NCBI RefSeq assembly: GCF_009914755.1
Contig: NC_060934.1
Source: the human T2T-CHM13v2.0 reference genome, Homo sapiens
Length of the DNA stretch: 64,000 nt
Reading direction: 5' to 3' (one strand)
Shown: positions 1 through 14,208 of the stretch, in pieces
Numbering within the stretch: position 1 is the stretch's first letter
Layout of the letters: each line of letters begins with the position of its first letter
The notes under the pieces: model-generated
What the model saw: only the letters and a program-made list of their open reading frames with translations
The model's database searches: none
Told to the model about the DNA's origin: nothing
Program-made: the position numbers and the translations under genes

Positions 1-738
1 ACACACACATGCCAGTGGAGGCCCAGGAAGGGACCTCTGGAAACCAAATTATATGGATATTCTCCCTAGCCTACCCAGTGTTGTGCTAATCTCCATCCTC
101 ACAGATATACAAAGGGGTGCAATGCTACTGCTGAAAGAGCAAAGCAAATGGAGATGCCTGGTCCTTACTGGGCCATCGTGGATGCTAGGGAAAGCCCCTT
201 TCTTTTTGGAAACAGGGAAGAGTCTAGAGGGTTGAAAAACACCCAGTAAGACACTGGGAGCAGTGAAATTTCATTCCATAGTGAGAAAGAAAACCTGTTA
301 GAATAACTGGGTGATGCTGCAGAAAGAAATCAATTCACCTCCTGTGACTGATTATTTGCTTCTGGAAACTCTGTGATTCATTCTGGCATCTCAGAGTTAG
401 GGATGAAATGAGAATGTTGCCAGCATTTACCCCATGCTTGGGAAGTTTACACAGCAGTAGCTACTCCAGCAGCTTAACCATCACCTTTCCCCTGCCAACT
501 ACTCCATTTCCCCCAATCAAGTCAAACTGTCCATAAATAGAATAAAATAAAATTGGAGACTTGAGAGCAGAGAAGACTGAAGGCAGATTATCTTTATAGA
601 ATAACTCAGAAGACTTCCAATTCATCCCCAGTATGATCACGATAGAAGGAAAAAATGACTAAGCAGAGCCCCAATTTTGTTAGAAACACTGCGTAAGTAT
701 TTATTTTTACAAGATTGTCTTATCTCCTGTTCTCTCAG

Positions 739-875
739 GGTTTGTAGCCTTTTCCACCATGCCTGAACTGGCACAAAGAATCAAAATGAATTTTGCCTTG
801 GGTCCTACGATCTCATTCAAATATCCCACGGGCATTTTTACCAGGTTTTTTCTACTTCCAAATTCCATAATCAAG
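739..875 (+). CDS. LIPN: LIPN coding exon (137 nt, paralogous to LIPM exon 5)
   Basis: tctctcag|GG TTT GTA...ATC AAG|gtagg. Encodes (G)FVAFSTMPELAQRIKMNFALGPTISFKYPTGIFTRFFLLPNSIIK. Same length and phase as LIPM 47020-47156. Confidence 0.95.
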
Positions 876-2791
876 GTAGGCTCCTTTCAACAAAATGTAC
901 CTGAGGATCTCATTTTGGATCATAAATCCTTATTATTTTCAAATCTACTGTAAAGTAAAAGTAGGAAATTTAGATAAAATCTATAGAACTTAGACTCTGT
1001 GGGTATGTGCTTGTGTATGTGTGTCCCTGCGTGTGCGCATGTCTGTGCCATAGTATCTGCAGGTTCTGTAATACAATTTACTATACAAGGTCATCAGCAG
1101 GCTGAGTATATGTCAGAATTTCTAGCTGAACTGAGTGCTATATGACAACAAGGATTTTTCTTGTTTTCCCAAGTGTTTTTTGTTCCATTTAGTCAGGTAG
1201 GTCAATGAATTCACATTGCCCAAATGAAAGACACTTCAAGTTACCCATAATCACTGATGTGTCCAATTTTGACATTAGAAAAACCTGATTAATATATTCC
1301 TTCCAATATGGAAACTTGCCCTAATAACTAAAGCTAAGATTCCAAAGCCTAAATGTATTACAGCTCAAGTATTAATTCAAATATTTATTGGTTATTTTTC
1401 AGGAGTTGAAAAAGTCATTTGGTTGCCAATTGTGGATTTGGGATTTTATCTATTAAAGGGTTTTTTTTTTTTTTCTCTTTGCTTTTGTTTCTCTACAAAG
1501 GTCATTGCCACAATGAACACAGCATTTAATCAAATTCCAGATTGGCCTTTGAACTTGGGATGATGGATAAAATGGATTTGGGCCAAAATTGAAGTCAAGG
1601 AGACCAGTTAGAATATCAAAATAATTCATATATAAGAAAATGAGACGTTGGTTTGGGGTAGAGTGGTAGGAATGAAAAAAATTATTTGTGAGCTAACACA
1701 AGGAATAATTTCCATAGGGCCTAATAATAGTTAGGTCTGATAATACTATGGTCTGATAATAGTTTTATTGTATTGTTTACTGAGAGCACAAATGATGTAA
1801 CTTCCTTATTCAAGAGCTTTTCTAGTTTATTTAAAAATGTGTTGACATCAGTTAGGTTTTAATGTTTTCTATATTTGGACAGTGTGAGCAAACTAATTTG
1901 TTAAATTAAATTCAGAGAGAGATACATCTATCTGTAAATACATATATGCGTTGTTTGTGTTGCTCTTCCTACATAGGTCAGCTATAAGGCAAATAATGTT
2001 CCTGGGTTATCTCAGTTTCACATTTCCCACTGTCAATATTCCTGCTACTTTTAAGTCCCATATCCTGCTCTTTTCTTCTGTCAGTTTCCCCCAGAAGCTC
2101 CAAGACCCCACCAGGAATCCCAATCCAAGTTTACTTTCCCAACTCCTGGAAGTTTCAATTGTGCTGCCTTTGTGACATTATCATATCTTTTCTGTTCAAT
2201 GGTTGCTTCTCTTTGGCTCACTGTTCTCTACTTTTCAGCCTGAGAGCTGGCTAATCTGGGACAGTACTCGAATGCAGTGTACACATGGGTAACATGGAAA
2301 ACCCCGATTTTCCCTTATATTCAAGGTATTATTTGACCTTAAGAAAAACTGTTTTACATTTCATACCAATTAATGAGAAAAAAATATTGGCAAGCACTGA
2401 CTGGGCAGAATACAGGGAAGCTTCACTATGGAGAAGTGAATTTGGGATTGAGGGCCTTTATTGCAATCTCCTTGTAAATAATATTTGATACTCTTCCTCA
2501 TCTGGAGACACATTCCTAAGTAACTTTTCCTGAATAATTTGGTCTCCTTGACTGAATCAGTAAGTACAAATAGATCCCCAAGCATGGCTCTTTCCTAGAA
2601 TGAAAGAAATGTCAAGAAGTCTGAAGATGATTCTTGAATTTTGGTTTTTTGCTATTGCTATTTGGGCTTGTTGTCCTTGTTGTTGCTATTGAGTTGAGCT
2701 CCTTATATATTCTGGTTACTAATCCCTTGTAATATGGATAGTCTGCAAATATTTTATCTCATTCAAAGATAATTATTATTTACTTTCATAG

Positions 2792-2938
2792 GCTGTTTTT
2801 GGTACCAAAGGTTTCTTTTTAGAAGATAAGAAAACGAAGATAGCTTCTACCAAAATCTGCAACAATAAGATACTCTGGTTGATATGTAGCGAATTTATGT
2901 CCTTATGGGCTGGATCCAACAAGAAAAATATGAATCAG
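2792..2938 (+). CDS. LIPN: LIPN coding exon (147 nt, lid/disulfide region)
   Basis: tttcatag|GCT GTT TTT...AAT CAG|gtatg. Encodes AVFGTKGFFLEDKKTKIASTKICNNKILWLICSEFMSLWAGSNKKNMNQ with two Cys placed as in LIPM exon 6. Confidence 0.95.
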
Positions 2939-3059
2939 GTATGTATGATAATTATAGGGCCATTTGATACCTTAAGAAATTCCAGCTTTCCTTTGACTCA
3001 TTTTGATATATCTATTTACTGTATAAATTCATATGGTATTCCAAACCCTTAAAGACAGA

Positions 3060-5117
3060 TTTTTTTTTGCTTTTAAAAATGTTTATGGGTATATAATAGT
3101 TGTACATATTTATGAGACATATATATTTTGATATAAGCATACAATGTGTAATGACCAAATCAGGGTAATTGGGATATCCATCACCTCAAGCATTTATCAT
3201 TTCTTTTTGTTAGAGACATTCTAATTTGACTCTTCTAGTTATTTTGAAATATACAATGAATTATTGTTAACTATAGTCATCCTATTGTGCATGCCAGACT
3301 TTAGTCCTTCTAACGGTATTTTGGTACCCATTAACCAATGCCTCTTTATCCTTCCCCCACCCCTACTACCTTTCCCAGCCTCTGGTAACCATCATTCTTC
3401 TCACTATCTCTATAAGGTCAGTTTTTTTTTAAACTCCCCTATATGAGTGAGAACATGCAGTATTTGTCTTTTTGTGCCTGGCTTATTTCACTTAATGTAA
3501 TGTTCTCTAATTTCATCCACATTATTGCAAATGACATGATTTCATTCTTCTTATGGCTGTCTATATGTACCACATTTTATTTATCCACTCATCTGTTGAT
3601 GGACACTTAGGCTGATTTCATATCTTGGTCATTGTGAATAGTGCTGTACTAAACATGGGGGTGCAGATGTCTCTTCCATGGATTGATTTCCTTTTTTTTT
3701 TTTTGAATATAGACCTAGCACTGGAATTGCTGGATCATATGGTAATTCTACTTTTAGTTTTTTGAGGATCCCTCATACTCTTCCCCATAGTTCCTGTACT
3801 AATTTACATTCCTACCAACAGTCTGTGCAAGAGTTCTCTTTTCTCCACATTCTTGTCAGCATCCATTATTGCCTATCTTTTTGATAAAAGCTATTTTAAC
3901 TGGAGTGAGATAGTACTTCATTGTAGTTTTAGTTCGCATTTCTCTAATGATTAGTAATGTTGAACATTGTTTTTAATGTACCTCTTGGCTATTTGTATGT
4001 CTTCTTTTGAGAAATGTCTACTCAGATCTTTTGTCCATTTTTAAATCAGATTTTTTTTTTTTGCAATTGAGTTATATGACCTCTTTATATATTCTGGTTA
4101 CTAATCCCTTGTCAGATGGGTAGTTTACAAATATTTTCTCTCATTCAACAGGTTCTTTAGTTCACTTTGTTGATGGTCTCCTTTGCTTTGCAGAAGCTTT
4201 TTAGCTTGACGTAATCTAATTTGTTCATGTTTGCTTTGGTTGCCTGTGCATTTGAGGGCTTACCTCAAATTGGCCCAGACCAATGTCCCGGAGTGCTTCT
4301 GTAATGTTTGTTTTTTAGTAGTTTCATAGTTTTAGGTCTTAAATGTGTCTTTAATCCATTTTGATTTTGTTTTTGTATCTGGCAAGAGATAGAGATCTAA
4401 TTTCATTCTTCTGCATATGGATATCTAGTTTTCCCAGCATCATTTCTTGTGGAAATTGTCCTTTGCCCAATGTATGTTCTTGATGCCTTTGTTGAAAATT
4501 AGTTGACTATAAATGTGTGGATTTATTTGTGGGTTCTTTATTCTGTTCCATTGGTCTATGTGTCTGTTTTTATGCCAGTATCATGCAGTTTTGATTATTA
4601 CAGGTTTGTAGTATAATTTGAAGTCAGGTCATGTGATGCCTCCAGCTTTGTTCTTTTTTCTCAGAATCTTATATTTAGAAAAACCTAAAGACTCCAACAA
4701 AAAACCTGCTAGAACTGATAAACAAATTCATTAAATTTGCAAGATACAACATCAACATACAAAATTCAGCAGCATTTCAATATGCCAAGAGCAAATAATC
4801 TTAAAAAAAAGAAAGAAAAAAAAAACAAGAAATAATCCCATTTATAATAGCTACAAATAAAATAAAACACCTAGGAATAAACCATACCAAAGAAGTGAAA
4901 GATTTCTACAATGAAAACTATAAAACACTGATGAAAGAAATTGAAAATGACATTAAAAAATGGAAAGGTATTCCATGTTCATGGATTGCAAGAATCAATA
5001 TTGTTAAAATGTCCATATGATCCAAAACAATCTACAGATTCAATGCAATCCCTATCAAAATACCAATGACATTCTTCATTGAAATAAAAAAAAAAGCCTA
5101 AAATTTAAGTGGAACCA
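3060..5117 (-). mobile_element. L1 (L1MA-like), 5'-truncated with inverted 5' segment
   Basis: Antisense L1 3'UTR/ORF2 end at 3060-4667 starts with a T-rich tail. Sense ORF2 RT-region sequence follows at 4666-5117. Confidence 0.85.
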
Positions 5118-6418
5118 TGAAGGTAGATGTCTGCTATACATAGAAGATTAAGTACTCAACAAACCTTGAATATGAAGACTGGGGAAGTGAATAGGCAGCT
5201 TCACTCTTCTATTCCCTGGTGAAATTTAGGAGAATGGATGTTTTATAATGGGTAGCAGTTTCTTACATGTTCTCAATCAGCCATAACTTACTACAGTCAA
5301 TTTGAATTTATTGCATTTGAATATATTGGATTAAAAATAAAATCCTAAAAAAGGAGAGAAGCACATATAAACCTGCGTCTTATTTCATGTGTTCCTTTCT
5401 TTGTGGGTGACTTTTGTTTTGAAATAAAACCTGCAAAATAACAGGACAGGGTGGAAGGGAGATGGGATCCCCTCTTTATGAAGAAGCAGCAGTCCTGTTT
5501 TATCACCTCTTCATTTTCTGTTATTGAGAATTCAAGAAGAAGGAGGAGGAAGAGTTCACATCCACAGACTGGTGTGGTTGAATAGTTGTCTCTACTGTAT
5601 TCCAAATAGCAGCCAATGAGGCTGTTACAGTGAAGCCAGTCCCAAGATAATTGTTCTGTACCCCTATTCTCTAAGAAGCTAAATTGTGTTAGACTGAAAC
5701 CCATAAGGAACCATTGTTCAAAGTTGGCTTGTTCAAAAGTAAAGATTTTTAATAGTTTCTCTTAATTAGATTATTTTCTAAGACATAGAATTATGATTAC
5801 TATTTTATCTCTATAATTTTCATCTCTATAACGTTTACAAATACTGAAATAACCTTTGGAAAAAATTGGCTTTTAGCTTTACTTTTGCAATATTTTATTT
5901 TATCCCCATAAAAGCCTAGGAAATTGGTACTATGACTTTTAGTATGTTCATTTAATAGATGAAAACACAGAAACTCAAAGATGTTAAATATGGTGGCCAA
6001 GTTCACAAAGCTGATCATTAACAACAACAGGGCCTGAACTCCTGGTTTTCTGATTTAATCTGTGACAGTGCACCTGGGTGCGCATGCATGCATCACCCCC
6101 ACACTTGCACATAGAACCTTTCCTAGTTGGCTTTGCTCCATGATGACCATTACTGTTCCTTCTACTTCAAAATAAGCAAATTATCCTACAGATTCAGAGC
6201 TGGTACAGGTGTGCTGTCAAGCAGCCCATTCCATTAGTCAGCTTGTGGTTCACTCACATTAAAGTATTGACCTAAATGGTATATTTATCTAGATAATTCT
6301 ACCTTGTTATTTTCAAAGCCCCAATCTTGTTTGCTAATTCTGTGCATCATTTTTCTCTGATTCTGAAAGGCAAAATTTTGTTGGGCAATTGCTGTAATAT
6401 GAGTTTTATCTCCTTTAG

Positions 6419-6490
6419 AGTCGAATGGATGTGTATATGTCACATGCTCCCACTGGTTCATCAGTACACAACATTCTGCATATAAAACAG
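6419..6490 (+). CDS. LIPN: LIPN coding exon (72 nt)
   Basis: cctttag|AGT CGA ATG...AAA CAG|gtag. Encodes SRMDVYMSHAPTGSSVHNILHIKQ. Confidence 0.95.
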
Positions 6491-7037
6491 GTAGAGTCTT
6501 AGTCATGGAAAACCATTCCAATCCTTATTTTCAATATATTTAAAAAGACAGAATTGACCCTGTTAACAGGCCTACCCTAAGAATCTTAAGAGCTTGCTTC
6601 CAGTTTGTCCTTGCTGCCTTCTGTATGCCTTGATTTCCCTGGAATTTAAGAGAAAGGATGTTATGGTACAGACCAAGTAGATGACATAAATGAACACCAC
6701 CTTAAATCAGAGTTTTAAAAATAGGCCCTGAACTGAAGCAAGAGGTAAACTAGGGAAGCCTCAGGAGAACTGAGACTTCTCCAGAGAGAAGTATCTGGGA
6801 TTTAACTTCTTTCTAATGAGGCTTGGTTTTCCATGAACTTTTCCTTTAAACCAAGGGGGGTATTGCTCATCTTTCTGTTGAGCCCCGTTTGTCATAATTG
6901 TAAAATGGGTGGTTACATCCTTCTGGTGATCTAGGAGCCCTATTTTCGTCCTAGCATACAGCATTTTTCTAAAATTTGCTGTTAGCTTTCATGATTCTTA
7001 CCCTAACTATTCTTTTTCTAAAAAACATTTGTTTCAG

Positions 7038-7109
7038 CTTTACCACTCTGATGAATTCAGAGCTTATGACTGGGGAAATGACGCTGATAATATGAAACAT
7101 TACAATCAG
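7038..7109 (+). CDS. LIPN: LIPN coding exon (72 nt)
   Basis: gtttcag|CTT TAC...AAT CAG|gtgag. Encodes LYHSDEFRAYDWGNDADNMKHYNQ. Confidence 0.95.
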
Positions 7110-8949
7110 GTGAGCTATTTACAGTAACCCCAGCATGCTGATTTTGATAAATTATAGTAAAAAATTATTTGAGGGTGGAAAGACTCCTACCTGTCATTTG
7201 GTGGCATTTATACTGATAGAACTTTTTTTTAAAAAAATTTTAATTTTAATTTTAATTTATTTCAGAAAATTTATAAATTAAAGAAGCATATACAAAGAAA
7301 CTTACATCATGTGTAATCCTTCCATCCAGAGATAACTAGATGTACTAACATTTTGGTGTATTTATTCCAATTTTCTCAGTATTATATTGCTTTTAGACAA
7401 CTTTTAATCTTTCTATTTTACTTAAGCTATAGTAAGAGATAACTAATATAACTGAGGGATTTTTAAATGCATTTTTAATGGCTACATAATAGAAATTATT
7501 TCATAAAAATCTTTACAGCATAAATGAATATACACTTTTTAATACCAACAGAAAAATTAGAATTCCATATGAAAGTTGAATAAGTATTACCCAACATTGA
7601 AGACTTGGGTCGTAAGGCATCTTTCTCCATATAGCTTTATGACATAAAAATCTGTAGCCTTGTTTAGCACCGTACTTTTAATTAATCCTGTCACCATTTT
7701 TCTGTTCTCATAGCCAGGGGCTTGGCTTATAAGTATGAACTAAGCAAACTAAATTAAATTGTTTTAAGTATTTTCCCAGGCTATCATATTTTAAGCTATT
7801 TACTGGTGCAACTATAGATTATTAATAAGTTGTTTCTGAGGATCAAAACAATCAGACTAATCAATTTCTCAATAATGAATTGGCCTGTTAGAGGAATAAT
7901 TCTACTAATCCTTAAAACCACTACAAGAGATAGACCATGTATATTTTATTTATTTTTAAAAATAAGTTTAAGATGTGATTTACATACAAGAACATTACTA
8001 ATTTTGTGTGTCCCATTTAATAAGTTTTGACAAATATATTTATTTGTGTAACCACACCACAATCTAAATATAGGACGTTTATATCACCACTAAAAGTTTT
8101 TTTCCTGCTCCTGAGACTATTTATAGACACAAATGCGTGTATTTGCAAATGCTTAGAAAAGGTCTAGAAAAAAAAACAGTAAATGTTAAAGTGGTTATCT
8201 TCAGAGAGAAGAAAGAAGAAAAGAAGTGGATGGACATGAAACAGTAAAGGACCCTCATTTTGGACTTTACATATGTCTGTTTTCTTCCATTATTTTGAAT
8301 AAACATGCTATATTTATAAATTATTTACATTTACAAGAAAATGAAACAAAATCAACACGCACATTCAAGATCATTATGGTCAAGTACTAAAGTATGTGAG
8401 AGTGTTAATGTCCTTAGAATTTGTCCACAGTTAGCTGGTCCTACTCTGCTCCAAGCCGGTCCTATTTTGTGAATTAATCTCATTTGATGCCAATTTTTAT
8501 TACATTCTCTCCAAAAAACTAGTCTCAACAGTTTGCTCTCTCCTCAAGTTCACAGCATTATCTCTGCTATATCTATATTTTATTGAGTATAAGAGAATTA
8601 ACCCATGTAAGCTCCATGAGGGTAGGGATTTCTCATCATTTTGTTCACCAGTGTTTTCTCATCTGGAAGAGTACATGACAATTACTGGGCTCCCAGTATC
8701 TATGTGTTGCATTAATGAAATTTCTTAACTTTAATCTACCTCAAAATGTCTCTATCTTCTTGATTCTCTCCTTCCTTTCTCTATCAGAAAATGATGGTCC
8801 TCTTATTTTCCAAGTTATTCCGGTCCTGTGCCCTTGATCCCATCTCTTCTCACTTCCCCTTCCTTCCTGCCTCCATTCTCCTGTCCCTTATGAAAAACAA
8901 GCAAGACCATCAATTCTATCAAGTTATCATTATGTCACTCTGTTCTTAT

Positions 8950-9890
8950 CAACATATTTTTAGTATTGAAGAGGGCTTCTTCTACTTACTCCTGAACCTT
9001 GTACAATGTAGTTTAGGTCTTCATCTTTTTATCATAGCTACCTTATTTAAAGTCACCCATGGCTTTTAATTGCCAAATTCAATGGCCTATCTTCACCTTT
9101 TGAAATGTGTTATGTTCGTTACCACAGTCTCCTTGAAACTCAGTCCCCTGACTTGGACTTCCATAACACAATGATTTCTGATTTTCCTTCTGTTTGTGAT
9201 TGTTCCTTTTGTCCCAGGCACTGGCTACTCCACCTTCCACCTCTCTGAAATCATTAGCATTCCCCAAGGATTCTTCAAAACTCTCTTTCTTCCTTGGAGA
9301 AGTCAGCATAGCTTTAATTTGGACCATTTCTATGGCTTATCTAGATTTTTTCAGGACTTGCCTTCAACCTATTCTTTCTGTAGGTGATTCCATTAACTGT
9401 TGCCCATATGGTAGTCTGAAGACAGACCTCCGAGAAATGACCCTTGTCTCCAAAACTTCCGCAATATGTCCAAATTTCCTAGCCTGACATTCAGACTTTG
9501 ATTATCTGCCTCCAAGTTTATATCCTATCATATTCCTTTATATATTCTGTTCTCCAGGTACACTGGGAAGCTTGCCATTCCTGATCATAGCCTACAAACT
9601 CTTCCTGCCTCCCACTCACCCTCATCTCTGCTGTCAAAATGCAACCTTCCCTCAAGAGTCATTTCACAGGACCCCTCTTTCTATGAAGCCCTCAGGTGGA
9701 AATAATTTTTTGCCTTTTTTTCCATTTTATTTTTGGAGTGTTTATGGCATTTAACATACCTTACTTTGTATACAAATATTTGCCTTGCTCCCTCTTTTGC
9801 AAATTTCTTAAAGGTAGAGACCATTGTATGTTTTCTTCATATGTTGCTGGTGCCTAACAGAACTATGGCCATTGTCCACATTCATTTAGC
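8950..9890. mobile_element. Degenerate L2-like LINE remnant in last LIPN intron
   Basis: Pyrimidine-rich diverged sequence with L2-like 3' motifs near 9770-9890. Boundaries are approximate. Confidence 0.45.
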
Positions 9891-9954
9891 AGCCTTTGTA
9901 GTTATTGCTTTGAGGAGCTTCCTCTCATGAATGCCCTTGCTTTCTCTCCCACAG

Positions 9955-10188
9955 AGTCATCCCCCTATATATGACCTGACTGCCATGAAAGTGCCTACTG
10001 CTATTTGGGCTGGTGGACATGATGTCCTCGTAACACCCCAGGATGTGGCCAGGATACTCCCTCAAATCAAGAGTCTTCATTACTTTAAGCTATTGCCAGA
10101 TTGGAACCACTTTGATTTTGTCTGGGGCCTCGATGCCCCTCAACGGATGTACAGTGAAATCATAGCTTTAATGAAGGCATATTCCTAA
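9955..10188 (+). CDS. LIPN: LIPN last coding exon with catalytic Asp (GGHD) and His (NHFDF)
   Basis: ctctcccacag|AGT CAT CCC...TCC TAA. Encodes SHPPIYDLTAMKVPTAIWAGGHD...WNHFDFVWGLDAPQRMYSEIIALMKAYS*, an acid-lipase C-terminus. Confidence 0.95.
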   Translation, partial: SHPPIYDLTAMKVPTAIWAGGHDVLVTPQDVARILPQIKSLHYFKLLPDWNHFDFVWGLDAPQRMYSEIIALMKAYS

Positions 10189-12416
10189 ATGCAATGCATT
10201 TACTTTTCAATTAAAAGTTGCTTCCAAGCCCATAAGGGACTTTAGAAAAAATGGTAACCAACAATGAGGTTGTCCCCCAGCACCCTGGGGGAGATGCACA
10301 GTGGAGTCTGTTTTCCAAGTCAATTGTGTTAGTGTTATTTATGTTTAGAGACATCTTTGCATGGGACCATCTACAGGTCCTTATAAACAATGAGGTAGAT
10401 TAGGCAAAAAGATAAACAAGTTGCTACTCTATCTGGCATTTAAGTCTAATTAAATTGTAATTTTTAGGGCATACCATGAAGTATAGAAATGTCTGAAGCT
10501 TCAAAGGAACAGTGAAATTCCTTTAAGGTCCTATATGGAAACCTCTGTTGTCATTTTATTTATATGGATTGCTATGGCAATGGACAGAGTGTGGGATTAG
10601 GAGGAGGGCCTGTAACTTCTTTATAAAAGTTTCTTAGCTATCCTGAAGATGTATAGACATTTTTACTTTTTTAGGTATTTTCAACATCAGAAATTCAAAA
10701 AAGTCCCCAAAGATTCTTCCAGAGAAGCCCTCTTTTCTTACAATCTTATCCCTGGCTATCTGCGTAAACGGAATCTTGAACCCATAATAGGATACATGTA
10801 TAAAATCTTCCTTATTAAAGCAGAAATAAATTGTACAGCATCAATATCATTTTATAATCATAGGGAGGCTTCTTTGTTTAGCATGTAATGCCCCCTTTAC
10901 AGGCTTTTTGTTCTTTGAGGGGTTTGAACATTCCATGAAAAACTGACAGATAGGAAACTGACAATAAAAGATTGAGCTAAAGATGGAAGCAGAAAGTACT
11001 AGGCTAGATAGTCTCTAAACATTAAGTATTTTCTTCCTCCATCTTAAAAGCAATGAGAAGCCACCAAAATATTTTACCTAATGGAAACCTGATTGCCGCA
11101 TTTTTGTAACCACCACTTTGGCTGCTACATAGAGAATGGATTAGAAGATGCCAACAAAAGATTCTGAGCAAGTCTGTAAATCTGATCAAGTGTTCTGATG
11201 CAGGCTGATATCCTTCTGTGCTAAGAGAGATGATCCTTGGAAAATCCAGAGCCAGCTCCATAATACTTTCCTGCTCTGCTGGCAAATCCACAAGCTGCTG
11301 GCCCCTGGAGCCATTCTTCTCTCAAAACTAGCATTCATCAATTTAATGTATACGTATTGATGGGGAATAATGGTCACTATGAAAACCATGTGATAATATG
11401 GAAAAATACCCATGATATAATGTTATGTGAAGAGAAGAAAATGAAACTGGTAGAACTATGTGATTGCAAATATATACAAATATTAAAACAATTATATGAC
11501 TTTATAAAATATTTGTATATAATGAAAACTGAAGCAATATAAAAAATAAAATTAGTTGTGTCAGGGTAGTAACATGATGAGTGATTAATAGTTTTTAATT
11601 TTTAATATAGTAATGACATAATGTTACAACTTGTCCAAATCTCACAAACATAATATTCAGTAAAGGAAGATAAACATAAAAGAATACATATTTTATTATA
11701 CATTTTTATGTAGGCTAATTGATGGTTCTGAAAGCCTTAAAAAGCTTACTTTTAGGAGGAGAATCATGCCTTGGAGGACTCTAGGGTCCAGAAAAATGTC
11801 CTAATACTAGAGCTAGGTGCAGTCAGATTAATTATAATACATTTCATTATTTTGTCTGGAATACCAAGATGACTTCCAAGCAGGAATGGAGTCTAGCAAC
11901 ACTTTACTGATGGGGAACTTGGCCACAGACTTGTAATACAAATTTTTGGATATGTTGACAATGTTTCTCCTTATTTTTCTTACTTATACAAAGCAAGAAA
12001 TTTGGCTCACAACCTTGAAACAGACTTACCAGGTTCCTCCAGTTTCCCAAGCCTCAATATCTCATTGCTATTTTTAATAGAACAAGGTAAATAATAACAT
12101 GAATGTTATTCAATACAAATTGATGTCAAATGTAAATTCTGACTCAGAACATTGGTGAATTTCTTTCAATCGGTATAATCAATCAGTTTCAGAGAGGCGA
12201 AGTCTTGCTCAAGTGACAGCCTTTTTGAGACTCATTAACCAAAGAACAAGGCACGTGTTTCACCATCAGGGCTTTGTTCAACTTTGATCACCTCTGCATT
12301 CTCCTCTCATAGGAAGGTTACCCACATTTTCCAAGGTCTGGCCACAATACCACCATTTCTGAAACGTTTTGCCTGAACTATATGTTCTAGAATTACTGTT
12401 CCCTCTTCTAAATCAC

Positions 12417-12720
<304 letters not shown>

Positions 12721-12849
12721 TAAATCACTTTTTATTATGCTTCTGAATTATCTTTTTGGAGAGTTCTGTGTAAGTCTACTGCCCTAATAAATTTTAAGTA
12801 GCTTGAAAACAGAAGCATTTAAGATATAGAACTCTCCATTACCACACTA

Positions 12850-13165
12850 AATTCACTTTTGCTATTCCTTTATGGTCAACCACCACTACCACCATGACCA
12901 GCTCTCCTTGAACTTGATCCCTGACAACTTATCTGTTCTCCATTGCTATAATGTCTTATAAATAAAATCATGGAGTATGTGGCCTTGATATTGGCTTTTT
13001 TTTACTCAGCATGATGTCCTTGAGATCTATCCAAGTTGTTGCATATATCAAGTTTGTTCCTCCTTATTGCTGAATAGCATTGCACGGTATGCATGCACCA
13101 CAGTTTGTTTAACTATTCACTCACTGAAAAACACGTGGGTTATTTCCAAGTTTTGGCTTTATCTT
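12850..13165 (-). mobile_element. Old L1M 3' fragment
   Basis: Antisense L1 3'UTR motifs (tttactcagcatgatgtccttgagatctatccaagttgttgcat; caccacagtttgtttaactattcac). Confidence 0.65.
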
Positions 13166-13974
13166 TTTGGTGTTTCACTGCTTAATGGCATGTCTTGAAA
13201 ATAAAAAAAAAAACACTCCGCTCAGATTCATTAATTTGACTTAATTGCAAGTCCCACCCAAAGCTAAATTTTCTGTGCTAATACCTTTTGTAATCTGTAC
13301 ACTGCCTCAAGGGAAAATGTTACTCAAGTCAGAGTTCCCATTGACTTGACTACACAATCCTTGATTCATATTTTAATTTGGCATTTAGAGATTGCAAAAC
13401 AGTGACGTGGTTCTCATTACATTTTTGAGTTCTAATGTGATTTAAGAAGTGCTTTGGAGTAGGGTGAAAACAGATTGCTAGTATTTATACCTTGATTGAC
13501 TATGAAGTCCTTCCTCCAGCCATTGTCAAGATGTGACATGTCTTTAGCTCTGTCAAAACCTCCATCAGCATCATCATATCTCCCACAGAGCCAAACCAAA
13601 TAAAAGTAATCACAGTAATAATAGTGTGCAATCATTAAAAATCTATGTGAAGTATTAATATAAAACACCAACAATTTTTAGTATATAGATATAAAAAGGT
13701 AAATTCTATAAAAACAGTACGCTTTCTATGGAATGCACCTTCAAGAAAGTTTCATCATTCTCCTCCATTCTATTTCCTATAAGATTGTCCATAAATTCCA
13801 TTTATGGAGGAATTCTGGAGTCAAACCTTTCTTCTTTTTGTACCTTCTACACATATTGGCCATTTTAGTTGGTGTGTGAATTTCTTTCCTTATCAAAGCA
13901 GTCAACTTAGCTAAGAAAGATTATTTATTTGGGATATGATGTGGCCTTAATAAGCTTAATCAAAATAAGCACTT

Positions 13975-14208
13975 GTATGGTATTTGATAGCACAACAGGG
14001 TGACTATAGTCAATAATTTAATTGTACATTTAAAAATAACTAAGAGTATAATTGGATGGTTTGTAACACAAAGGATAAATGCTTGAGGTGATGAGTACCC
14101 TATTTACCCTGATGTGATTATATATTATATGACTGTATCAAAGTATCTCATATATCCCATAAATATATACACCCACTATATACCCCCACAAAAATTAAAA
14201 ATTAAAAA
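13975..14208 (+). mobile_element. Short L1MA 3' end
   Basis: tatttgatagcacaacagggtgactatagtcaataat... followed by an A-rich tail. Perfect 14-bp TSD caaaataagcactt at 13961-13974 and 14209-14222. Confidence 0.9.
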
